Below are positions 17,456 to 26,832 of a DNA stretch of 62,727 nt, in pieces. Position 1 is the stretch's first letter. Each line of letters starts with the position of its first letter. This stretch comes from a virus (taxonomy: Duplodnaviria > Caudoviricetes): positions 1 through 62,727 of IMG/VR virus record IMGVR_UViG_3300009703_000018; one strand, written 5' to 3'. Below the pieces are notes generated by a model. The model saw nothing but the letters and a program-made list of their open reading frames with translations. It was not told where the DNA came from and ran no database searches. Made by a program: the position numbers and the translations under genes.

Positions 17456-20400
17456 ATGGCTCTAGTAATTAAAGATAGAGTAAAAGAAACAACTACCACT
17501 ACCGGCACTGGCAATCTTAATCTTGCTGGTGCTGTTAGTGGTTTTCAGTCGTTTGTTTCTGGTATTGGTGATACCAATGACGTATATTATGCCTTGATAG
17601 ATGATAATGGTACTGCGTGGGAAATTGGTCTTGGGACTGTTTCTGATGGTGATCCAGACACTCTATCCAGACCTGATAACGCTAGTGTCATTGCTAGTAC
17701 CAATAGCAATAATAGAATTAACCTCTCTTCAGGCACGCATACAGTTTTTGCGACTTACCCTGCTGGCAAAGCTGTATATCTAGATTCTAGTGGCGTTTTA
17801 TCTCATAGTATTGTCAATGCCGATATAAGCGGTAGTGCTTCCATAGCAAACTCTAAGCTGGCCAATAGTTCTGTTAGCTTTGGTGGGGTCAGTGTTGCTT
17901 TAGGTGCTTCTGACGCTACTCCAGCTTTTGACCTTTCAGACGCTACTAGCTACCCAACGTCAAGTCTTAGCGGTACAATCACAAACGCTCAGTTGGCCGG
18001 AAGTATAGCTAATGCTAAGCTTGCTAACGACGGTATTACGATTGCTGGAACTGATACGAGTCTTGGTGGTAGTATTACCGCTGATACAATAGCGGGTCAA
18101 ATAAGCGCTAATACTATAGCTTTCACTCAAATAGCAGACCTAGCACAAGGTAGTATTTTATACGGTAATGGTTCCGCAGCAACCGCTGAGCTTACAAAAG
18201 GAAGTGCTAATACCGTACTACAGTCTGATGGAACAGATATTTCTTGGGCTACGGTTACTAATGCTATGCTGGCAGGTTCTATAGCCAATGCAAAACTTGC
18301 AAACGATTCGGTTAGTTACGGAGGAGTTAGCCTTGATTTAGGAGGCAGTGATGCTACTCCAGCCTTCGATCTTTCGGATGCGACTAATTATCCAACATCT
18401 AGTCTTAGTGGTACTATAACAAACGCACAACTTGCTGGTTCTATTGCTAATGCTAAACTTGCAAATGCCTCTGTTAGTTTCGGAGGAGTTAGCGTAGCTC
18501 TTGGAGCCTCTGATGCAACTCCGGCTTTCGATCTTGCAGATGCTACAAATTACCCGACTTCAAGCCTTAGTGGTACAATTACAAATGCCCAACTTGCTGG
18601 GAGTATAGCTAATGCAAAACTAGCAAACTCTGCCATTACTGTAGCAGTAGGTTCAGACAGCACCGCTATATCGCTTGGTGGAACCATGACGTTTGCAGGG
18701 ACTGCTAATGAAGTAGAGGTCGCTGAATCTTCGGGAACGGTTACTATTGGATTGCCTAGCAGTATCACTGCAAATCTCACTGGAAATGTAACAGGTAACA
18801 CTAGTGGCAGTTCCGGCAGTTGTACTGGAAACGCCGCTACCGCAACAAAATTAGCAGCTACTGTAAATATTAACAGCGTAGCCTTTGATGGTTCGGGAGA
18901 TATAACTATAACTGCGGCAGGCAGCACCCTGTCTGATACGGTTACCGTTGCTAAAGGTGGTACTGGAGCAACCTCTCTTACTGATGGTGGTATTCTTTTA
19001 GGTAGTGGAACTGGTGCTGTTACAGCCATGTCAGTTTTAGGCGATGGCGTTATTGTAGTTGGTGATAACTCCACAGACCCCACAACAATCACCGCATTTA
19101 CTGCTTCAGATGGAGTTCTTAAACACGAAGTTGGCGGGCTGGAACTCGACATATCCGGCATTGCTATTGGCGATGTAATAGCAGGAACAGGCACTGGATC
19201 GGTTGGTATTATCACCTCTACTGGACATAGCGATGGTGACGTTCTTACCATACAAGCCGATGGAACCGTTGACTGGGAAGCCGTTTCTGCTGGTGGTAGT
19301 GGTGACATTACAGCGGTGGTGGCTGGTGATGGCTTGAGCGGAGGTGCTACTTCTGGAAGTGCAACCGTAACCCTTGATTTAAATGAGCTTACCGCAGCAT
19401 CCGTAGCAGACGGTGACTCTATCGCAATTATAGACGCTAACGATGGTAATGCCAGTAGAAAAGAGGCTGTTCACGACTTAGCAACGTTGTTTGCGGGTAC
19501 TGGTCTAACAGCAACGAATTCTGTTATAGCAGTAGACGCTTCTCAAACTCAAATTACATCAGTAGGAACTATTGGCACAGGAACTTGGCAAGGAACCGCT
19601 ATTGCTACCGCATACATTGCCGACGATGCAATAACCTATGCTAAAATGCAAAATGTTTCTGCTGATGAAAGAATATTAGGCAGAGTGTCTGGTGCTGATG
19701 GAGTCATTGAAGAATTAACTAAAGCACAAGTATTGACATTTGCTAATGTAGAAGATGGTGCAGATGTAACTGATGCTACTAATGTAGCCGCAGCAGGTGC
19801 ATTAATGGATTCAGAAGTAACAAATCTCGCATTTGTAAAAGCCTTAGCTAAAGGCATTTCAGATGGAAATGTTTTAACAGCTAATGACGCAGTAGCAGAT
19901 AACGATTTTCTCAGAATTGATGGTACAGAAGTAGAAGGTCGCACCGCTTCGGAAGTTCTCTCAGATATCGCAGCAGCACCAGCGGCGGGTAGCTCCAGTA
20001 TTGTTACCGTAGGAACTGTTGGCACAGGCACATGGCAGGGAACAGCGATTGCTACTGCGTACATTGCCGATGATGCAGTTACGGGTGCTAAAATCGCACT
20101 ATTTGATGATAGCTTGGCGGCAACCACAACCCACTTCTTGATTGCAGATGGAACGGATTATAGTTCTTTTGCTTTGAGTGGCGATGTAACCTGTACCAAT
20201 GCTGGGGTGGTATCAATAGCTGACGATGTAATAAGCTCTGCTGAATTAGCTGACGCATGTAGTGCTGTTACTTCCTTTACCGCTCCTCTTATCGAAGGCA
20301 GCACATCTGTACAAACTCCTTTGATTGAATACACAGATGGCGATGACGCTATCACTATTCATGATGGCGGTTCTATAAGTGTGGCTCAAGCTGTTTATCA

Positions 20401-20782
20401 TCCTATAGCAAACGCTGAAGCAGAACCTGAAGACGCCACAGTAAACATAGATTTAAGAAAAGCTAATTACTTTGACGTAGAACTAAATGCTAATGTAACA
20501 GACATAGACTTTACGCATGGAAAAGTTGGTCAAAGATTCATGATAAGGTTTGAACAGGACGCTAGTTCAGGCCCATACACTATTGCTTGGAATGCAGTAA
20601 CTATGGACTTTGATCCCAGTAGTGGAAGTCCAGCAGCTGTTACGATCAGTTGGCCCGGAGGAACCGCCCCAACCATGACTGCTACAGATGATAAAGCCGA
20701 CACTTATGGATTTATTGTTAGAGCTGAAGGTCACATGGACGGTTTTGTGATCGGTCAAAACATGCCTGTAAACGATAACTAA
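17456..20782 (+). CDS. Long tail/head fibre protein with internal repeats
   Basis: DRVKETTTTTGTG N-terminus, A/S/T/G-rich repeats, VAKGGTGATS fibre motif, C-terminal WPGGTAPT...DTYGF domain. Confidence 0.85.
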   Translation: MALVIKDRVKETTTTTGTGNLNLAGAVSGFQSFVSGIGDTNDVYYALIDDNGTAWEIGLGTVSDGDPDTLSRPDNASVIASTNSNNRINLSSGTHTVFATYPAGKAVYLDSSGVLSHSIVNADISGSASIANSKLANSSVSFGGVSVALGASDATPAFDLSDATSYPTSSLSGTITNAQLAGSIANAKLANDGITIAGTDTSLGGSITADTIAGQISANTIAFTQIADLAQGSILYGNGSAATAELTKGSANTVLQSDGTDISWATVTNAMLAGSIANAKLANDSVSYGGVSLDLGGSDATPAFDLSDATNYPTSSLSGTITNAQLAGSIANAKLANASVSFGGVSVALGASDATPAFDLADATNYPTSSLSGTITNAQLAGSIANAKLANSAITVAVGSDSTAISLGGTMTFAGTANEVEVAESSGTVTIGLPSSITANLTGNVTGNTSGSSGSCTGNAATATKLAATVNINSVAFDGSGDITITAAGSTLSDTVTVAKGGTGATSLTDGGILLGSGTGAVTAMSVLGDGVIVVGDNSTDPTTITAFTASDGVLKHEVGGLELDISGIAIGDVIAGTGTGSVGIITSTGHSDGDVLTIQADGTVDWEAVSAGGSGDITAVVAGDGLSGGATSGSATVTLDLNELTAASVADGDSIAIIDANDGNASRKEAVHDLATLFAGTGLTATNSVIAVDASQTQITSVGTIGTGTWQGTAIATAYIADDAITYAKMQNVSADERILGRVSGADGVIEELTKAQVLTFANVEDGADVTDATNVAAAGALMDSEVTNLAFVKALAKGISDGNVLTANDAVADNDFLRIDGTEVEGRTASEVLSDIAAAPAAGSSSIVTVGTVGTGTWQGTAIATAYIADDAVTGAKIALFDDSLAATTTHFLIADGTDYSSFALSGDVTCTNAGVVSIADDVISSAELADACSAVTSFTAPLIEGSTSVQTPLIEYTDGDDAITIHDGGSISVAQAVYHPIANAEAEPEDATVNIDLRKANYFDVELNANVTDIDFTHGKVGQRFMIRFEQDASSGPYTIAWNAVTMDFDPSSGSPAAVTISWPGGTAPTMTATDDKADTYGFIVRAEGHMDGFVIGQNMPVNDN
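17840..18601 (+). repeat. Three 54-aa (162-bp) coding repeats at 17840-18001, 18278-18439 and 18440-18601
   Basis: SIANxKLANxSVS(F/Y)GGVS..LG.SDATPAFDL.DAT.YPTSSLSGTITNAQLAG. Confidence 0.9.
19553..20083 (+). repeat. Two 28-aa coding repeats at 19553-19636 and 20000-20083
   Basis: VGT(I/V)GTGTWQGTAIATAYIADDA(I/V)T occurs twice. Confidence 0.85.
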
Positions 20783-20783
20783 T

Positions 20784-21437
20784 ATGAAACCTAAAAAGTG
20801 TGCGATAGTAAGCACGCCTAGATCTGGTACGCATTATTTAAGACTTACATTAGACAACCATCCAAAAATGAGATGGATTGGAGAATTTTTTCGATCAAAA
20901 AAAGCAAACAGAAAGTATCCAACTAAAAAACACGAGGAAAGGATAAGAAGTTATATATACAACAACTTGTCCAGCACAGCAATAAATCATTTTGATTGTG
21001 TTGGCTTTGTTTGGCATTTGACTCTTGATAGCGACCTACCTACCTCTAACGTTGATAAATTTATTTTATTGAAGAGAAGAGATATTTTATATCAACTGAT
21101 ATCGTTACTTATAGCAACCAAAACTGGAAACTGGAGAGATACAAAGTCAACTGAACAAATAGAACTAAACATAGCGCAGTTGAGATATTTTATAGATCGT
21201 CAAGAAAAGCTTTATAATGACTTTGAAAACTGGGGAGTAGATTATAAGACAGTTTTTTATGAAGATCTGTGTGACAATTTTGAAGAAACACACAAGTCGA
21301 TACAGGAATACTTAGAGTTAAAACATTTCAAATTAAAACCCTCCTCCTTAATAAAGCAGGAAACACGACCAATACAAAAAATTATATCTAACTACGAGGA
21401 AGTCAAATGGACTTTGGAAGATATGAATTTACTCTAA
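20784..21437 (+). CDS. Sulfotransferase (Stf0-like)
   Basis: STPRSGTHYL, LKRRDILYQLIS, FYEDL, KQETRP...ISNYEEV. Confidence 0.85.
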   Translation: MKPKKCAIVSTPRSGTHYLRLTLDNHPKMRWIGEFFRSKKANRKYPTKKHEERIRSYIYNNLSSTAINHFDCVGFVWHLTLDSDLPTSNVDKFILLKRRDILYQLISLLIATKTGNWRDTKSTEQIELNIAQLRYFIDRQEKLYNDFENWGVDYKTVFYEDLCDNFEETHKSIQEYLELKHFKLKPSSLIKQETRPIQKIISNYEEVKWTLEDMNLL

Positions 21438-22027
21438 ACTGCGACCGCCCCAACTGGCTAACAGATATAAGACATATAAAAATTATATACGAATTTTTGA
21501 TGGCAAGCGATTTTAAAAAAGTTGCTGAAATAGGTTCGTACTCTGGGGCTTCAACCGCAGCTTTTATTGAAGCTATTAATCAAGGTAAAGATTTTAAGTT
21601 TCATATCTCTGAGCCTAACCCAACAAAGCAATTAAAAGCTTTGCTTTCTATGTGCAAAAAACCTGACAATGTTGTGCTACACAGGCAACTAGGAGAAGAG
21701 ATGTTAGGTTATTGGAAAGGCTTTGACTTTGTTTTTATAGATGGTAATCACGATATAGGCGGTGCTGGTGCAGAATTATTAATGGTTCTTAGACATGATA
21801 TTCCAAATGTTATGGCTCATGACACAAACCTTTCTGTTGTTGAAGGTGAACATACCGGAAAGGGTACTGAACTGCTAGCCAGAGTATTGAAATCGCATAG
21901 AGACTATTATTGGCTAGAAGACAAAGAAGAAAGACCCAAGGAGAGAACAGATAGAGGGTTGTTTTTTGCCACTAAAGAAAAAGAAAAACACAAGATAGCA
22001 GAGGAAGTGTTTAGAGAGTTATGCTGA
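21407..22027 (+). CDS. Class I SAM-dependent methyltransferase (Methyltransf_24-like)
   Basis: EIGSYSGAST, FDFVFIDGNH, AHDT. Confidence 0.85.
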   Translation: MDFGRYEFTLNCDRPNWLTDIRHIKIIYEFLMASDFKKVAEIGSYSGASTAAFIEAINQGKDFKFHISEPNPTKQLKALLSMCKKPDNVVLHRQLGEEMLGYWKGFDFVFIDGNHDIGGAGAELLMVLRHDIPNVMAHDTNLSVVEGEHTGKGTELLARVLKSHRDYYWLEDKEERPKERTDRGLFFATKEKEKHKIAEEVFRELC

Positions 22028-22701
22028 TATACCTAACGAATATTGGTCAGATGCCTCGCTGGACTAAAATTTATGGAAACCTAGAAGGTGTGTTTGATTA
22101 TGGATCTAAACAAGAATACAACGACATACAAGACCTAAAACTTTTTGGTCTCTACAAAGATGAAAAACGGAATGTAAGACATAATGTTTATCATCCAATT
22201 GACTACGTTTCTCATGATGTGAGAATAGTCATAGGAGAGTTCGACTCTTTAGAGCATTTAGAAAAGTTTAAACCAGATAATTCAAAGGTAGTTAAAGAAC
22301 TAGACAGAGAAAAAAATACATCCATACTAAAAGTAAAATTTCCAATAATGCAGCAGAAGCACAAAGATCATTGTGATGATGCATACACAAACAAACTGTT
22401 CAACAAATTAAGCCAAGACGATAGGGTGCTTTTTTGTTATGTAACAACCAGCGGAAAGGGTATAAGATTTGGCTTTGAGCTAAACGAAAGAGTTAATAAT
22501 GATTTGGAGTACATTTCAAATTACTACTTTTATGGCAAAGAGTTTTTAAAGCACGATGAGGAAAATAAGTTTGGGATTGAATATAACTCTAGTACTACAG
22601 GTGCTTTTTATGAGCTTGGTAGTATTAGTAGCGTATATTGGTTCTTGCCTATTACAGATAAGTGGCATGTTAAGGACTCTATAAAGCTTAAGAAAATATA
22701 A
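22021..22701 (+). CDS. Hypothetical protein, weak BT4734/VirE-N-like similarity
   Basis: IVIGEFD and VLFCYVTTSGKGIRFGF resemble the DxD and SPSG.GLK motifs of that family. Confidence 0.4.
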   Translation: MLIYLTNIGQMPRWTKIYGNLEGVFDYGSKQEYNDIQDLKLFGLYKDEKRNVRHNVYHPIDYVSHDVRIVIGEFDSLEHLEKFKPDNSKVVKELDREKNTSILKVKFPIMQQKHKDHCDDAYTNKLFNKLSQDDRVLFCYVTTSGKGIRFGFELNERVNNDLEYISNYYFYGKEFLKHDEENKFGIEYNSSTTGAFYELGSISSVYWFLPITDKWHVKDSIKLKKI

Positions 22702-23291
22702 TGGATTATGAATTTACAGAAGATTGGTTTTCTGAAAACAACCCAGAAAAAGTTGTTCTTCAGTTTGATGAGTTCTTGTCTGAGTTCAAAGGTAAACCAT
22801 GTATGTTTCTTGAAATTGGTTCGTTTGAAGGAATGTCAACAATATGGATGCTGGAAAACATACTAACGGAAGAAAGATCGCAAATTTTTTGTATTGACGC
22901 ATGGGCTGAATGGACAGGAGATGCTTTTGTAAGATTTGTTTCAAACATAAGCAAGACAGGACTTAAGGACAAAGTTCATATTGTTAAAGGAGATTCTTCA
23001 GAAGAGTTAAGGATATTTCCAAATGAGTATTTTGATTTTATTTACGTAGATGGAAATCATGATGAGAAGGCTGTTATTAAAGATGCAATAAGCTCTTTTA
23101 GAATTCTTAAAAAAGGAGGAATAATGGCCTTAGATGATTATCTATTAGGGATAAGATACCCAAACACTCCGGGTTCAAAAGCCATGAATGGTTCGGCAAA
23201 AAGAGCGATTGATTATTTTATTAATGTTTTTGAAGATGAATTAGAAGTCATACATAAAGATTATCAATTATGGATTAAAAAAAATGCATGA
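22701..23291 (+). CDS. Class I SAM-dependent methyltransferase (Methyltransf_24-like)
   Basis: FTEDWF, LEIGSFEGMS, FDFIYVDGNH, LKKGGIMALDDY. Confidence 0.9.
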   Translation: MDYEFTEDWFSENNPEKVVLQFDEFLSEFKGKPCMFLEIGSFEGMSTIWMLENILTEERSQIFCIDAWAEWTGDAFVRFVSNISKTGLKDKVHIVKGDSSEELRIFPNEYFDFIYVDGNHDEKAVIKDAISSFRILKKGGIMALDDYLLGIRYPNTPGSKAMNGSAKRAIDYFINVFEDELEVIHKDYQLWIKKNA

Positions 23292-23967
23292 CTTTTTACT
23301 TTCAAATGGATGCTCGTTTTTAACCAAAAGAGCAGGGGTAAATAAGCACACAGGAATATTACTTGCGGAAAAACTGGGATTAAATCATATAGGTCTTGCT
23401 CAATCAGGAAAAGGAAACGACAGATTAATACTTAGTACTAAATTATTTTTTTATGAAAACCCAGAAAGAATAGAAGACACGTTTGTTTTAATTGGTTGGA
23501 CTAATCCAGCTAGAATTGATTACATAAACAACTATCGTGAAGATTGGATTTGTGCAAAAAAGTGGGGAGAGTCTTGGTTTTCTTTAAACAGAGAACCAAC
23601 TAAACCTCCTACTTGGGATACTTACAAACAAGTTAAGAACTATGGAAATCTAGTTGCAAAGATGCTTAGGCAAACACTTGAACTTCAAGACTTTTTTGAG
23701 AACTTGGGAATAAAGTATTGCATGTATCATTCATTAAGTGTTTTACCGTATAACATAAAAGTCAAACTTGAAAAGTTACAATTGCTTAAAGAAAGAATTA
23801 ATCACAAAAGGTTTTATGAGTTCAATAAGGAAAGCCAGCAAATTTTTGTTAATTCTGACAGATCAAAATTTGTTGTAAGCAAAACAGACTTACACCCTAA
23901 CGCCGAGGGGCATTACGGTTGGTACAAGAAGATAGAAAATTTTATAGAAGAAAATAAACTAGTATGA
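23284..23967 (+). CDS. SGNH hydrolase-like protein
   Basis: NGCSF, GKGND, IGWT and DLHPN..GH blocks. Confidence 0.7.
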   Translation: MHDFLLSNGCSFLTKRAGVNKHTGILLAEKLGLNHIGLAQSGKGNDRLILSTKLFFYENPERIEDTFVLIGWTNPARIDYINNYREDWICAKKWGESWFSLNREPTKPPTWDTYKQVKNYGNLVAKMLRQTLELQDFFENLGIKYCMYHSLSVLPYNIKVKLEKLQLLKERINHKRFYEFNKESQQIFVNSDRSKFVVSKTDLHPNAEGHYGWYKKIENFIEENKLV

Positions 23968-24068
23968 AGTACCTGTTAGTCTTGTTATTTTATGTGGCAT
24001 TTTACTTATATAGATATTATAAGAATAAGAAAGATAACGATAACGATCCGTTTATTTACCCTACATAA
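23964..24068 (+). CDS. 34-aa membrane peptide (MKYLLVLLFYVAFYLYRYYKNKKDNDNDPFIYPT)
   Basis: Manual translation; fills the gap exactly, with ATGA and TAATG overlaps on either side. Confidence 0.6.
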   Translation: MKYLLVLLFYVAFYLYRYYKNKKDNDNDPFIYPT

Positions 24069-24832
24069 TGAAAATAGCAATAGCACAACTACACACAGAA
24101 AATTTTGATGACTGGGCCTATATAGCCATAAAAAATAAAGAAGCCTATTGTAGGCTATATGGATATGATTTAGTTGACAGGAGAGGTCTCTATAACACTA
24201 AGTTTGAAACTAGACACCCTAGTTGGCATAGCGTTAAGTTAATACTAGAGATTTTAGAAACCACAAATGTAGACTGGGTTTTTTGGTCAGATGTAGATGC
24301 CTTAATAATGGACTACACAATAAAACTAGAAGACTTTATTAAACCTAACTACGACATGATTATACCCAATCAAGGACAGGGAGAGTACTGCGGAATAAAA
24401 ACTAGTAACTGTCTTTGTTGCGGTCACTACTTCGTCAAAAATACAGAATGGTCAAAACAATTTTTAAAAACCCTTTGGCAATGGCCAGAGGGAGAATTTG
24501 AAAAATACAAAGAAGACAATTATTGGGAGCAATGTGGCATGAACTATCTCTATAATAAAAATGAGATGGATTTTGACAAGCATGTTTATATAGAGCCAAG
24601 AAACAGAGCGTTTAACTCATTTTATTACCAGACAAAAGACGGAGACCCAATGGAGTTTTGTCAATGGGGTGAGGGATGGTTTAGAACAAAGAAATCACAA
24701 AAAGTTTTAGACGATGGCTTAGGGTCTTCTTATGTTAAAGGTGATTTCATAGTTCATTTTGCAGGAGCGCACTGCGCTCTTCAAAGAAAAGAACTCATGG
24801 AAAAATATTCAGAGAGAGTAAAATGGAACTAA
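24068..24832 (+). CDS. Glycosyltransferase, GT34 (GMA12/MNN10)-like
   Basis: NKEAYCRLYGYD, RHPSW, DWVFWSDVDALI, WEQ, GDFIVHFAG. Confidence 0.85.
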   Translation: MKIAIAQLHTENFDDWAYIAIKNKEAYCRLYGYDLVDRRGLYNTKFETRHPSWHSVKLILEILETTNVDWVFWSDVDALIMDYTIKLEDFIKPNYDMIIPNQGQGEYCGIKTSNCLCCGHYFVKNTEWSKQFLKTLWQWPEGEFEKYKEDNYWEQCGMNYLYNKNEMDFDKHVYIEPRNRAFNSFYYQTKDGDPMEFCQWGEGWFRTKKSQKVLDDGLGSSYVKGDFIVHFAGAHCALQRKELMEKYSERVKWN

Positions 24833-25650
24833 TAGTAAAAATAAAATCTAATGGGGCTAATCCTCGCTATCAAGACGGCGATGTAGTAGATGCTATGTCT
24901 CTTAATCGTATTTATTTAGCTCATGCAGAAATGATATGCCACCCTAACAATTTTGGTTTTAACACTAATGGAACTAGAGACTTAAACACTTTGTTGGAAA
25001 AGTTTCAAGAAGCCACCCATACTTATAAGTTTGAAAGGCTTAATAGTAATGATGTTAAAAGAACCAATTTATTAACTGGTGAAGAAGACATTCTTAACAC
25101 TGTCCCAAATGCAGACGGTGAAGCTATTAATGTGTATCAATATATAGCCAGAAGGTTAACAAGTCCTAGACATAAAATATTTGGGCCTACTGGCGGTGAA
25201 GTATGGTATGGCAAAATGAGAAATGATGCTGAAGTTTTCATTCCAGTAGCTTGGAATCACATAGAGACCGAAAGTGACAATTTGCAAAGTAATCACAATA
25301 ATTGGCCTTTTAGCGATTTAGAAAAAAGGCATTTTATTTGCATTAATACTTCGGGAAGAAATTACGATGGGGATTCGTTTACTAGAGTTGAGCTATCTGG
25401 AGGTACTGTGACAGGAAAGGTTTTACCTGCTGTAGAAGATGTCCCCGAAGATCCTCCAGAAGATTATAGCCCAGTTATATTAGCCAAAAGAAAATGGTTT
25501 GTTCCATATTGGGACTTGGCGACTGAGCTTGGAAGTTCTGTAGATGATTTAAGAAATCCAGATCACATGTGCGATTGCAGAAAAGCAATGAATGAGAGAG
25601 AGCATATTGATATTTTGACTTACGACAAAGTCTCAGAAGGGGTGTTGTAA
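24823..25650 (+). CDS. Hypothetical protein
   Basis: 275-aa ORF translationally coupled to its neighbours. Confidence 0.7.
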   Translation: MELIVKIKSNGANPRYQDGDVVDAMSLNRIYLAHAEMICHPNNFGFNTNGTRDLNTLLEKFQEATHTYKFERLNSNDVKRTNLLTGEEDILNTVPNADGEAINVYQYIARRLTSPRHKIFGPTGGEVWYGKMRNDAEVFIPVAWNHIETESDNLQSNHNNWPFSDLEKRHFICINTSGRNYDGDSFTRVELSGGTVTGKVLPAVEDVPEDPPEDYSPVILAKRKWFVPYWDLATELGSSVDDLRNPDHMCDCRKAMNEREHIDILTYDKVSEGVL

Positions 25651-26756
25651 TGACTACTGTAACAAAAACTATAGGAACAAGCTCTAGAAACTATTCTACT
25701 ATCAATGCGTGGGAAGCAGATTTAAACGATGCCTCCATATACAATCATGGAGATACTGCTATTGGTGAAATGTATGCAGACTCTACATTTACAGGTGCTA
25801 CTAGCACTATAGAAAATGGAAGCGCTTTAGGCGGTAGTGCCGCACAGGATATTGCACTAATTAAACTTACTGTTCATGCAGATAGTAGACATGATGGAAC
25901 TGCTGAAAGTGGAGTGTTATTAAAACCAACAGCGGATTCTGGGCATGATCAAGGTATTATTAGAATAAATGTAGACAACGTAATAGTTGAGTGGTTAGAT
26001 ATAAGTTTAGACAGTCTAGACTCTAAAAATACAAACAAAGCAATAGTTCTTACTGGGACTAACGATGACTGTATTCTTAGAAATATGCTTATACATGATA
26101 AAGGGGGAAATCCGGGGGATGAAGGCCCATGTATGGTTGATGTAGTGGGAGCTGGAGCTTCTAGTGACACGTTAACTATACAAAATAATATTATATATAA
26201 TGTAGTTGAAACTGATGATGATACAGCAAATGGCATAAAGGTAGATCAATGGGCTGGAACAGTAAATATATACAACAACACTATTTACAATATTAATTCT
26301 CATGGGTCGAACACAGCAACCGCCTATATGTACAATGGAAATTCAAATCAAACCGCTAATGTAAAAAATAATATCGCAGCTAAACTTGTTGCAGATAATA
26401 CTACAAACCAAAGAGCTTTTGTGGACACTGGAACAGGAACAGCAAATGAAGATTATAATTTGTCAGATGATACAATAGGCGCTTCGGCTAATAAAGCTAC
26501 TGGTTCAAATTCTTTAGTAGATAAAACATTAGCCCAAATAGATTTTGTTTCTACTGTTACTGGTTCTGAAGATTTACATATATCACAGAGTTCTGTTTGC
26601 ATAGGAGAAGGGGTAGATTTGGGAACAACTAATGGCGTAGAGATAGATATAAACGGAAGAGATAGAGATGCTAAGGGGGATACTTGGGACATAGGAGCGC
26701 ATGAATTTACTGCGGTTGCGCGCTATGCAAGTGCTTTTGTTATGTTTGTAGACTGA
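25650..26756 (+). CDS. Right-handed beta-helix (pectin-lyase-like) virion protein
   Basis: Asn-ladder repeats (IQNNIIYN, IYNNTIYN, VKNNI); C-terminal DINGRDR...WDIGAHEF. Confidence 0.7.
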   Translation: MTTVTKTIGTSSRNYSTINAWEADLNDASIYNHGDTAIGEMYADSTFTGATSTIENGSALGGSAAQDIALIKLTVHADSRHDGTAESGVLLKPTADSGHDQGIIRINVDNVIVEWLDISLDSLDSKNTNKAIVLTGTNDDCILRNMLIHDKGGNPGDEGPCMVDVVGAGASSDTLTIQNNIIYNVVETDDDTANGIKVDQWAGTVNIYNNTIYNINSHGSNTATAYMYNGNSNQTANVKNNIAAKLVADNTTNQRAFVDTGTGTANEDYNLSDDTIGASANKATGSNSLVDKTLAQIDFVSTVTGSEDLHISQSSVCIGEGVDLGTTNGVEIDINGRDRDAKGDTWDIGAHEFTAVARYASAFVMFVD

Positions 26757-26767
26757 TAACTAAAAAT

Positions 26768-26778
26768 TAGTGTATATA
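26768..26778 (+). promoter_or_regulatory. Degenerate late promoter TAGTGTATATA
   Basis: GTGTATA core in a 76-bp intergenic gap. Confidence 0.4.
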
Positions 26779-26832
26779 TATTATATGGGAGGATTGTCGG
26801 ATTAGTTAAACTTATGTAAATAAGGTTGTATT

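Noticed and set aside
17840-18601. Possible CRISPR array or DGR template/variable repeat pair
   Set aside because: In-frame coding repeats with synonymous, not adenine-specific, differences; no spacers, cas genes or reverse transcriptase in the window.
18550-20355. Long minus-strand ORFs over the fibre gene
   Set aside because: Mirror frames of Ala/Ser/Thr/Gly-rich coding sequence.
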